32,000 nucleotides of DNA from Acaryochloris thomasi RCC1774 (GTDB taxonomy: Bacteria > Cyanobacteriota > Cyanobacteriia > Thermosynechococcales > Thermosynechococcaceae): assembly GCF_003231495.1 (NCBI RefSeq), contig NZ_PQWO01000002.1:300001-332000 (forward strand). The letters run 5' to 3'. This document shows positions 19,330 through 27,123 of this stretch, in pieces (the first letter of the stretch is position 1; each line of letters begins with the position of its first letter). Under the pieces are notes generated by a model, which saw only the letters and a program-made list of their open reading frames with translations, made no database searches and was not told the origin of the DNA. Position numbers and translations under genes: made by a program.

Positions 19330-20073
19330 CTATGACTCAACACAAACTAGCTCACGCACATTGAGCCAATTGTGGCGATGCATTAGCCAGGGAATGCTTA
19401 CAAAAGCCACTGTGAAAAGAACTGCTAACCCAACCCCTAACTCTGGGCCAATGGTCAGTGTTGCACCCATATAGGTCAATAGAAACGTTGAAGGAATCAT
19501 GCCGAATAGAGTTGCGCTGGCGTAAATAGGTAAAGACAGTCCAGAAACTCCAGCTCCGTAGCTGATGAGATCAAAGGAGAAGATGGGTAAAAGGCGCGTT
19601 AGGAAAATCAGGCCACCAATGTAGAGTTCGCCGCGCTCAGTAGAAAAAGAAATACTCTTACCCGTTAGTTTTTTAATCGCTGTCCTGCCTAAGCTATGGC
19701 CTAATCCGTAGGCGACCAAGCCGCCCAGGAAGGCTCCTAAAACGCTATAAACTCCTGCCAGTAGCGGTCCCCAAATCGCTCCCGCAGCCAATGCCAGGGG
19801 TACCCCAGGAATTTGGCTGACCACCACTGAAATTGCTAAAACGCCGACGTATAGTACTGGCCCCCAAGCACCCGATTGAGCAACAGCTTGCTGCAAGCCA
19901 TTTGGCGTCAAGATTTCAAGATCAGATTGCCAGCCCCAATACAGACCCAGGCCGCCCATGAACAAGCCGACCCAAGGCAAAACCTGCTGCCATGTGGAAG
20001 AATCTCTATTCTCTGACCAGGCTGTGACCGTCGCCGTTATTGTCGTTTCAGAATGCTGTGGGTGCGTGGACAT
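19330..20073 (-). CDS. TVP38/TMEM64 (DedA-related, SNARE-associated) family membrane protein
   Basis: It is multi-TM and has the family-typical glycine-rich core QIPGVPLALAAGAIWGPLLAGVYSVLGAFLGGLVAYGLGHSLGR. Confidence 0.85.
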   Translation of the reverse strand: MSTHPQHSETTITATVTAWSENRDSSTWQQVLPWVGLFMGGLGLYWGWQSDLEILTPNGLQQAVAQSGAWGPVLYVGVLAISVVVSQIPGVPLALAAGAIWGPLLAGVYSVLGAFLGGLVAYGLGHSLGRTAIKKLTGKSISFSTERGELYIGGLIFLTRLLPIFSFDLISYGAGVSGLSLPIYASATLFGMIPSTFLLTYMGATLTIGPELGVGLAVLFTVAFVSIPWLMHRHNWLNVRELVCVES

Positions 20074-20174
20074 GATTCCCCTCCGGGCTGAGCCATTGAG
20101 ACCATCATGTCTGTAGTCCCTGAAGGGAGGCCCGTGGAAAACTGAGAAGCGCCTGAATTGAGATAAAAATCAGC

Positions 20175-21479
20175 TTATAAAGCCGTCACGAACGAAAAGT
20201 CAAAGCGGCCAAAATTTGCGCTCCAGGCAAGATTTAGCTTTTCTAGGCAAGCCACCAGCCATTTGACGGCCCCTTGCTGCTTCGCCTCATAGTGGTTAAA
20301 CAGCAGAGCAAATCGATTCTCTAGATAGGGCTTAATCTTTTTGCATAACAGCACAACCTTGAGCAGCAGGCCCACTGTTGCTGTGGAGCCGACATTATTG
20401 ATTAAGTCCATAAACACAATGTGGTTGGGACGCTGGCGACTCTCGACCACCAAAAAGTTAAGGAGTCGATTGCAGGTTCTAACCAAGAGAAAATCGCTCA
20501 TGGGCCGGTCATTACATTCTGGCAGCAGTGCATCAAACTGCTTTTGGAGTTGCTGATTGAATCGGCACCGACCAAACTTGGTATCCACAGAGGCCACCAG
20601 ATAGTCATACAGGTTTTTCTTGAACCCCAAATAGGTCTGACTGGCTTGATTGCGCAAGATAAAGTGCTTCGCTCCATCCCGATAAGACCCCTGGTGGTCA
20701 ACACGACCCACATACTGCTTCAGCGTTTTGCACAGCTCGTTATCCCCAAGCAACGTTGGATTCTGAGAGCGTATCAATGGTCCAGAATCGGGCAAAATGA
20801 GCTGCGTTCGCCCCGCCGGTTGAATAATCTGGCCCGGTGCAGCAGGACGCTTGAAAATGCCGGTTAGATAATGTGAGAGATCTAGCTCAAACTGCTCCTG
20901 AGCATGCTGCTGAACCTGACGAACGCTAGACTGATGTTCCTGGCTATCTTCTTTTGAAATGAGACAGTGCTGATATAGGTAGGGATAGCGTCGCAGAATG
21001 GTGCTTAACGGTCTGCTAGAGGAAGCGCTCGTTTGGGGCGTAATGAATTCAGAAAATCGGCGAAGGCGCTGGTAATAGGAACTTTGGGCGAACTGTTGCA
21101 TTAGCGATCGCAACCGTGTTTTAGAGCGACTTCGGCCTAAGGTGGCGGGGGCTGCACTCATTCGACCGAGCACCGCCACCAATTCTGGAATCATGCTGCG
21201 GCAGTCCGGCTGATTTTGCCACGAGTTCACTAAGATGTAGCAACAACGGTTGAAGAATAGGGCAAAATCTTCCTTCCCCTTAATCGAGACCACGATCTGG
21301 TTGAGGGCTGCCTTGACTTCTGGTTCTGGGTAGTGCAGTCCGGCAATGAATAGCGTGTGAAAGCGCTTCAGTACAGCATTGGCAGACTCAGTCCGCACAC
21401 ACTGAAGCAAATGGTCATAAATGGTTTGCTTATGGGCCTCAATATTGACCGTTTTATACTGATGCGTACAGGCGTTCAC
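20175..21479 (-). CDS. Hypothetical protein (434 aa, GTG start), predicted soluble, no recognisable domain
   Basis: A long uninterrupted ORF. The antisense ORFs in this span are shorter shadows. No motif recognised by eye. Confidence 0.7.
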   Translation of the reverse strand: MNACTHQYKTVNIEAHKQTIYDHLLQCVRTESANAVLKRFHTLFIAGLHYPEPEVKAALNQIVVSIKGKEDFALFFNRCCYILVNSWQNQPDCRSMIPELVAVLGRMSAAPATLGRSRSKTRLRSLMQQFAQSSYYQRLRRFSEFITPQTSASSSRPLSTILRRYPYLYQHCLISKEDSQEHQSSVRQVQQHAQEQFELDLSHYLTGIFKRPAAPGQIIQPAGRTQLILPDSGPLIRSQNPTLLGDNELCKTLKQYVGRVDHQGSYRDGAKHFILRNQASQTYLGFKKNLYDYLVASVDTKFGRCRFNQQLQKQFDALLPECNDRPMSDFLLVRTCNRLLNFLVVESRQRPNHIVFMDLINNVGSTATVGLLLKVVLLCKKIKPYLENRFALLFNHYEAKQQGAVKWLVACLEKLNLAWSANFGRFDFSFVTAL

Positions 21480-21780
21480 TTATTCTTATTCTCGCGTTTC
21501 TAGAAGAATCTTGACTCGAAAGGAACACTAGCTAATCGACTCAGAGAATGGGAGAGGTGTCATCGTCACCGATAGTCGCCCACGATCCAATCGCTTTGTA
21601 ACTGAAGATATGTTGACCTCAACGGCTATCCTGATGCCTGATTTATGAGGCAGCAATTAGCGGTTCTGTTGAGACTCAACAAGAGGGGCAAAACGGAACT
21701 GAGCTTGCTATTCCTTTACTAATTTAAAGGTACCCAGACCTTCTACCAGAGTAGGCAGTTCTCAATCGTCTTGGTGTGAT

Positions 21781-21814
21781 AAAAAACACAAGTTAGAGTG
21801 ATCTAGATCACTCT
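21781..21814 (-). terminator. 20-nt perfect palindrome abutting the thioesterase stop codon. It is a possible terminator, or alternatively a dimeric-regulator operator.
   Basis: agagtgatctagatcactct (21795-21814) is a perfect palindrome that starts immediately after the TAA (21815-21817, - strand). On the - strand a T6 run follows 8 nt after the stem, which is further than in a textbook intrinsic terminator. Confidence 0.4.
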
Positions 21815-22330
21815 TTAAATATTGGTGCTAGATCGTTCGTCTTTTGGCTCAGCCATTGTGCTATTCGACGGGCTTAACAAGGCTGCAACGGCCTGCTGCA
21901 TCTGAGCTGGCAACTGACGGATGATGCGACCCTCTGGGCGATGGACAGGCACAAGCGTGACTTGAGCTGTAACTAGGGGCTTTGGATGGTGTGCAGTATA
22001 AATATGCTGCTCCCAGTACAGCTTCACTCTTTTGACCTGAGAAAGACAGCTTTTGACAACGGCTATATCTCCCATCCTGAGAGGCTGGTGGTAGCGAAGT
22101 GAGAGTTCAATGACGGGTAGGTCACATCCAAGCTGTACGAGATCTGTAAACTCAATACCGACCCGTCTGAGGGCATCAATGCGGGCTGCCTCCATCCAGC
22201 TAATGTAGGTGCCGTGCCAGACGACTGCGGCATAGTCAGTATGCTGAGGCTGGACTCGAACCGAATATTCAAACCATTGGGAAGCTTGCAAAACCGCTAC
22301 TTTCCTAGTCCTGCATGGGCACAGCGTCAA
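21815..22330 (-). CDS. Hotdog-fold acyl-CoA thioesterase (4HBT/YbgC-like)
   Basis: FEYSVRVQPQHTDYAAVVWHGTYISWMEAARIDALRRVG has the thioesterase catalytic Asp and the HGxY-type region typical of the 4HBT family. The start as drawn overlaps the upstream gene by 26 nt, so a downstream GTG start is possible. Confidence 0.8.
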   Translation of the reverse strand: MTLCPCRTRKVAVLQASQWFEYSVRVQPQHTDYAAVVWHGTYISWMEAARIDALRRVGIEFTDLVQLGCDLPVIELSLRYHQPLRMGDIAVVKSCLSQVKRVKLYWEQHIYTAHHPKPLVTAQVTLVPVHRPEGRIIRQLPAQMQQAVAALLSPSNSTMAEPKDERSSTNI

Positions 22331-22628
22331 CGTCTACCGTTGCCTGTGATTCGCTAGCTGTAGAAGGACCAGGACTGTCTTGGCGTGATTTGAGACGACC
22401 CGCTAACATTTGAGAAAGTTCTGCCACCAGTAGCGTGAGGACCGCTAAATCATCAATTTGTCCCACGATGGGAATCAGATCTGGGGCGATGTCGATTGGA
22501 CTGAAGAGATAAACGCAGGTTCCGAGAATAATCCACCAACGGTACTTCGGATTACGAAGCGTTTCGCGGTACCACTGGTAAATTGAATTAATCGAAAAGT
22601 TCATGGTTAAAGCTCCTAGCTTTCTCAA
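22305..22628 (-). CDS. DUF1232 (YkvA-like) membrane protein
   Basis: YLFSPIDIAPDLIPIVGQIDDLAVL is the signature DUF1232 motif. Confidence 0.75.
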   Translation of the reverse strand: MRKLGALTMNFSINSIYQWYRETLRNPKYRWWIILGTCVYLFSPIDIAPDLIPIVGQIDDLAVLTLLVAELSQMLAGRLKSRQDSPGPSTASESQATVDVDAVPMQD

Positions 22629-22827
22629 TCATGCCAGGACAATGTCTGAATGTCTGGTGTGGATTCCCGTCAAGTATTGCCTATAATGAGGCGACATTTT
22701 GGCTGTTGAAAGATATCGTATCGGTGGTCAGATTTTTTAGACTGCAGATTGAACGGTAAACTATCTCTCAACCAACCCACTTTCAATAATGTCTTTTGTA
22801 CCCTGCCCATTGATCTAAGGAACATTC

Positions 22828-23514
22828 GTGAATATCGTTGATCTTGTCCAGAAAGGTGGTTTAGCGATTTGGCCTCTGATGGTCTTATCGGTTCTTGCCA
22901 TCGGCACAATTTTTGAGCGACTCTGGTTCTGGAGCAGCATTCTCAAGGATGAGCGGAAAACAGCGGGTCAAGTTTTGGAAGCCTCACGCCGCGACTGGGA
23001 TGAGGCAACCCACCTCGCAAGACAGGTGAGTAATCGGCCCATTGGTCGGTTTTTACACACGCCGCTGCGGCTGGCGAACAAGGAACCAGAAGTTTTTCGT
23101 TTAGCTCTGGAAGCTTCCGCCGACGAAGAACTCAATGCCATGCGGCGGGGAGACAAGCTTCTGGAGGCCGTGATCGCTCTTTCGCCGCTGTTAGGCCTGT
23201 TGGGCACGGTTCTTGGCTTGATTGGTTCTCTTAGCTCTATTCGGCTGGGTGATATTGGTTCCTCTTCAACCAGCACTGTGACCTTGGGAATTAGTGAAGC
23301 CTTGATTAGTACGGCGTTTGGACTGGTTGTTGCGATTGTTTCCCTGGCTTTTTATCGGCTGTTTCAAGGGTTGGTGACGAACCAAGCGCGCATTTTTCGG
23401 CGGACTGGCAATGAGTTAGAGCTGAACTACCGCCAGTTTTGGATGCAGTCACAGGAGAGAAAGCAGGAATCGACGCCTGCATCTACTTCGATGCCCAGCT
23501 TGTTTGATGAATGA
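22828..23514 (+). CDS. exbB: MotA/TolQ/ExbB-family proton channel
   Basis: A GTG start is preceded by AAGGA 7 nt upstream. LGLLGTVLGLI and ISEALISTAFGLVVAI are conserved ExbB/TolQ TM2/TM3 motifs. Confidence 0.9.
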   Translation: MNIVDLVQKGGLAIWPLMVLSVLAIGTIFERLWFWSSILKDERKTAGQVLEASRRDWDEATHLARQVSNRPIGRFLHTPLRLANKEPEVFRLALEASADEELNAMRRGDKLLEAVIALSPLLGLLGTVLGLIGSLSSIRLGDIGSSSTSTVTLGISEALISTAFGLVVAIVSLAFYRLFQGLVTNQARIFRRTGNELELNYRQFWMQSQERKQESTPASTSMPSLFDE

Positions 23515-23547
23515 TGTATTGCTTATTTTTAGGTCAGCGATAAACCT

Positions 23548-24213
23548 ATGAGAACCTATATAGATTCAGAAGAACCAGAGGTTCGCATTGAGATTTTGCC
23601 GCTGATCGATGTGATCTTCTGTATTTTGACTTTTTTCATTCTGGCGGCGGTGGGCCTCACTCGTCCTGAGGGAATTGATCTAGATTTACCTCAGGCTGAA
23701 ACGAGCACGGCTCAACTGGGGGCCACTCTTCCGGTGCGTCTAGACGTACTGGGGCAGCTCTACGTTGATAAGCAGCCGGTCTCACAGGAGCAGCTAACCC
23801 AAACGCTGGAGAGCTACATCAAGGCTCAACCGCAGGGTGTTGTTGTTCTCAATGCCGATAAGTTGGTGAGCTATGACCAGGTGATCCAGGTTTTAGACTT
23901 GCTGCAGTCAATTGGTGGCAATCGAGTGGCTTTAGGGACGACAACGCCGACTTCAGGTACGACTCAATCTCCCGCGCCACCGGGAGGAACAACAATCCCT
24001 GCGCCGCCGGTTAATCCTGGGGCAGTAACCCCCCTCAATCCTGGGCAGCTCCCGTCTCTACCGGGACAGCCAGCACCTGACGCGCTTTCTCCGGCTCCAC
24101 CGACGCCGGGGAGTACGGTTCAGCCCAATAATGCTCAGCCAAGCCCTCAACCCAGCGCGGCCCCACCCCCGACGGGTGCAACGGGGTCTGAATCTTTGAA
24201 CCCTGCTGAATAA
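23548..24213 (+). CDS. exbD: ExbD/TolR-family protein with a ~90-aa Pro/Thr/Gly-rich C-terminal extension
   Basis: The N-terminal 130 aa are ExbD-like (ILPLIDVIFCILTFFIL, VVVLNADK.VSYDQVIQVLDLL...G). Residues 131-221 are low complexity (TPTSGTTQSPAPPGGTTIPAPPVNPG...). It lies 33 nt downstream of exbB. Confidence 0.9.
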   Translation: MRTYIDSEEPEVRIEILPLIDVIFCILTFFILAAVGLTRPEGIDLDLPQAETSTAQLGATLPVRLDVLGQLYVDKQPVSQEQLTQTLESYIKAQPQGVVVLNADKLVSYDQVIQVLDLLQSIGGNRVALGTTTPTSGTTQSPAPPGGTTIPAPPVNPGAVTPLNPGQLPSLPGQPAPDALSPAPPTPGSTVQPNNAQPSPQPSAAPPPTGATGSESLNPAE

Positions 24214-24216
24214 GGG

Positions 24217-25236
24217 CTACGGCGCTTTGTAAAGAAGACGGTTGATGGCCTGGAGCTGTTTGTCTGTGCCGAGACAAATCAGGAGGTCCTGCTGTTGGAG
24301 GGATGTTTGTCCCGTTGGCCCAGTAATGAGGGTGCCGTCGGTTCTACAGATAGCGAGGATGGATGCACCGGTTTGCGATCGCAACCCCATCTCTCCCACG
24401 GTCTGCCCCCCATCAAAGCCATCGGTCAGCAATATCTCCTCAATGTAAACGGCAGGATTATTGCCCCCGATCGCTACGTCCATAAAGTTAAGAACCTGGG
24501 GCCGCAGGGCTGCAAAGGCCATCCGCTTCCCCACTGCCATGTAGGGCGACACCACAGCATCTGCGCCCACCTGATTGAGCTTCTCGGTCGCTTCCTCAGA
24601 ATTGGCCCGCACCACCACTCGCACCTCTGGATTAAGCGTCTTCGTAGACAACACGGTATAAAGATTTTCTGCATCAGAAGGCAGGGCGGAAATCACGCAG
24701 TATGCCTGCCCAACCCCCGCTTGCTGTAGCGTTTCGTCCCGCGTAGCACGTCCCAAGAGAGCAGGGCAGCCTAGAGATTGGGCGCTTTCTACGATGGCTG
24801 GATCTGTATCAATCACGATTACATCCTTCTGCTCTGCCTTCAGTGAGAGTGCCACCTGACGCCCCGTGCGTCCAAAGCCACAGAGAATATAGTGATTGCT
24901 CAGCTTCCCCATCTGCTGTTGGCGCTGCTGAATCTTGAAGCCATTGCGGAAATAGCCCTGGATCACGGCTTCGGTGAAGCGGTTGACCACATAGCCGAGC
25001 CAGACGACGCCCAAGATAATCAAGACGATGGTAAATAAGCGACCGCGATCGCCGAGAGGATTCACCTCTAAAAAACCTACCGTTGAGAGGGTAATCACCG
25101 TCATGTAAAGGGCATCTGACCAGCGCCAGCCCTCTACTAGCCAGTACCACAGCGTTCCCAGCAGGATGACAGCAGTGAAGGCACCGATACCTAAAAATAA
25201 ATCCCGCTGAATGCGGCGATATTTATCGGCGCTCAT
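24217..25236 (-). CDS. 2-TM ion channel with cytoplasmic RCK (TrkA-N/TrkA-C) gating domains, MthK-like, with a non-canonical selectivity filter
   Basis: It has two TM helices flanking a pore helix, and the filter reads TLSTVGFLEV. The Rossmann motif is ILCGFGRTGRQVA. A C-terminal TrkA-C-like region is present. Its ATG overlaps the upstream gene's TGA (ATGA at 25233-25236). Confidence 0.9.
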   Translation of the reverse strand: MSADKYRRIQRDLFLGIGAFTAVILLGTLWYWLVEGWRWSDALYMTVITLSTVGFLEVNPLGDRGRLFTIVLIILGVVWLGYVVNRFTEAVIQGYFRNGFKIQQRQQQMGKLSNHYILCGFGRTGRQVALSLKAEQKDVIVIDTDPAIVESAQSLGCPALLGRATRDETLQQAGVGQAYCVISALPSDAENLYTVLSTKTLNPEVRVVVRANSEEATEKLNQVGADAVVSPYMAVGKRMAFAALRPQVLNFMDVAIGGNNPAVYIEEILLTDGFDGGQTVGEMGLRSQTGASILAICRTDGTLITGPTGQTSLQQQDLLICLGTDKQLQAINRLLYKAP

Positions 25237-26471
25237 ACCTTCTCTTTCGGCGGTGGGGTAATGCGGCCCTTAATCAATACCTCATCAAAACGGTTCAAGA
25301 ATCCAAAGTCTTCGATCGGGAGGTCGGGCTGACGATCTCTCTTTTTCTGAATCGGCTGCTGCTCTAAGAACCTAAAGGCTGCTCGAAACTGCTGAGGCGT
25401 TGTCTTGACGGGCGCATCCAAATGACAGGGAATAATCTGCTGAAACTTCCACTCGGCAACTTGATTGGCCCAGTCTATGACAATTTTTGGTCCCCGATTG
25501 AGAACGAGCTTCTGCAGAATAGGTGCGACAAACAGCCGTCCACCGCCGCGCAATGCGTCAAAGGAATCCTTCCAGTCGGATCGCCACCGCACCGGGAAGA
25601 GGCCGAAATAGGCTTTAGATGATCGATCGGGCGCTTGCCAAGCATCTCGGAAGCTTTGCCCCCAGCCGGTCACTTCTAACGCGCTAGGGCGGAAGAAGAA
25701 GGCAAACAAGGCAATTCGCTGCCAGCCTTTACGTCGAGTCGCGGGCGTATCTTCCACCACTTCGCTGGCGTCGTCTTTCGCGTGGTAGAGCATCGGATAA
25801 GGTTCCTGCTCTAGAATCTCTGGGGGTTTGTCAGAGACAGATACGACGACATCGGTGACTAATAACGTTTGCGTGCGTTTATGGAGAAAGGCGACTTCGG
25901 CAAAGGGGCCGGGGCCAAGATCGACAGGGCCGAGAATTTTGTAATCAAACTCGTCTGCGAAGGGCGTCTGTGAACCATCGACCGGCAGAATTTGAGTGCG
26001 CCGACCGGGAAGGCCCAGCCAGCTCAACGGCAGCTTGACCGGGAAGCTCCACTGTCCGGGTACGACGAAAATTTGAGCTGTAGGGAACTTGCGGGCAAAG
26101 GGGCCAGCAAAGGCTTTATGTTCGATGCCGGATGCGGTGGGCATGATGATGTACTTGACCGAACCGTGTTTATCCACCAGCTCTTGCATGAGGCGCAGAC
26201 ATTCTTTTGTGGGGGCCACGGGCGCATAAACCAACAAACCGCCCTCCTTGAGCTTAATCACCGTCATCCGCACCGGGACGATCACATAGAGAATGCCCTG
26301 AAGCTGCTCGAAGGTCCAGATTTGGTTTTTAATGATCTCCTTGCGGAGTGTGCGGCGCTTGCTGTAGGGATAGATAGGCACTAAGGGCCATAGGGGCCAG
26401 AATCTGTCTTGCCACCTTCCCGATTGGGTTTCTGGTTCAGGGTTGATGTCTGCTTGATTCCCTCTACCCAT
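25233..26471 (-). CDS. DUF4336-like protein (412 aa)
   Basis: The pattern IWTFEQ......V.VPVRMTVIKL..GGL.VYAPVAPT.EC..L...L....G.VKYI..P resembles the cyanobacterial/plant DUF4336 family as I recall it. The assignment is by memory only. Confidence 0.75.
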   Translation of the reverse strand: MGRGNQADINPEPETQSGRWQDRFWPLWPLVPIYPYSKRRTLRKEIIKNQIWTFEQLQGILYVIVPVRMTVIKLKEGGLLVYAPVAPTKECLRLMQELVDKHGSVKYIIMPTASGIEHKAFAGPFARKFPTAQIFVVPGQWSFPVKLPLSWLGLPGRRTQILPVDGSQTPFADEFDYKILGPVDLGPGPFAEVAFLHKRTQTLLVTDVVVSVSDKPPEILEQEPYPMLYHAKDDASEVVEDTPATRRKGWQRIALFAFFFRPSALEVTGWGQSFRDAWQAPDRSSKAYFGLFPVRWRSDWKDSFDALRGGGRLFVAPILQKLVLNRGPKIVIDWANQVAEWKFQQIIPCHLDAPVKTTPQQFRAAFRFLEQQPIQKKRDRQPDLPIEDFGFLNRFDEVLIKGRITPPPKEKV

Positions 26472-26512
26472 TGCTGCTTCTAACTCAGCTCACTATGTTT
26501 ACCACCCTGATT

Positions 26513-26540
26513 GTGATTGATGATGCCCAATCTCACAAAC
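26513..26540 (+). repeat. Left copy of a 28-nt imperfect direct repeat
   Basis: gtgatTgatgatgcccaaTctcaCaAac matches 27789-27816 at 24 of 28 positions in the same orientation. Confidence 0.7.
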
Positions 26541-26603
26541 CCAAGTTTTCAGGACTCAGGTTTGCAATCGCAGGCGGTCATTGCCTTAGGTGAGGTGATT
26601 TAG
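26520..26603 (+). pseudogene. Possible relic 5' end of the MFS/GPH transporter gene (27-codon dead-end ORF)
   Basis: It translates to MMPNLTNPSFQDSGLQSQAVIALGEVI*. The first five residues equal the N-terminus of the MFS protein at 27796 (MMPNLIDSERQEQALSQ...), and a few further residues are similar (Q, D/E, L). It has no downstream partner on the + strand. Confidence 0.4.
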
Positions 26604-26812
26604 GAATGACCAGAGGCTTTGGGCGGTTGACCTGTCAGTCTGGCTGTAAGCTTCGCTTCCCAGTTAGGATCGTCAGGCTTAATAGGAGATTGAGTGGAAC
26701 GACTCGCTAGCTCTCGGTAAAGGGGTTGTGCTTGAGGCGTGCCTTTTAATGTCCAAAGTAAGTCAGTCAATTGCTTGGCCGTTAGATTTGATAAATCTAT
26801 TTGATTGTTCAT
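26600..26812 (-). CDS. Hypothetical small protein (70 aa)
   Basis: I trimmed the track ORF (26600-26914) to the internal ATG at 26812, which lies 4 nt after the stop of the upstream small ORF. The sequence MNNQIDLSNLTAKQLTDLLWTLKG... has no recognised family. Confidence 0.45.
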   Translation of the reverse strand: MNNQIDLSNLTAKQLTDLLWTLKGTPQAQPLYRELASRSTQSPIKPDDPNWEAKLTARLTGQPPKASGHS

Positions 26813-26816
26813 AGGT

Positions 26817-27020
26817 CTAGATTTGACTGTTGACTTCGCCATTCGGTGTGATGGATACGATGATGCTGCTCTCAGCTTCATCGTAGCGCCCGATATAGAC
26901 AAAAAGATTGCCATCTTCCGTCAATTCGGTGAAGGCGATATAGGAGGATAAGAGTACGGCTTGACGCACAACTCGATAAAAAGAGCGTAACTGGTCAATT
27001 GTCGGATCTGCCAAGCTCAT
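26817..27020 (-). CDS. Hypothetical small protein (67 aa)
   Basis: An ATG ORF, MSLADPTIDQLRSFYRVVRQAV..., that is the first gene of a two-gene minus-strand pair. No recognised family. Confidence 0.5.
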   Translation of the reverse strand: MSLADPTIDQLRSFYRVVRQAVLLSSYIAFTELTEDGNLFVYIGRYDEAESSIIVSITPNGEVNSQI

Positions 27021-27123
27021 AAAGCGTTGAGAACTTTTATTCTCTTAGATATTGATGGTGATTGTCACTGCATGTTCTGTTGACGACTACCCTCTCATGA
27101 TTTGAGGCGTGCTGTAATGTTGA

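Noticed and set aside
22671-22695. A Fur box and TATAAT upstream of exbB (ttgcctATAATGAggcg).
   Set aside because: Only about 7 nt match the Fur consensus and no convincing -35 element is present. This is too weak to annotate.
23938-24213. The ExbD tail as an ExbD-TonB fusion.
   Set aside because: The proline-rich region is not followed by any TonB C-terminal domain. The protein ends in low-complexity sequence.
26600-26914. The 104-aa ORF as drawn in the track.
   Set aside because: Its first 34 codons overlap the 3' end of the 67-aa ORF in another frame. An internal ATG at 26812, 4 nt after that ORF's stop, gives a cleaner tandem arrangement, so I trimmed it.
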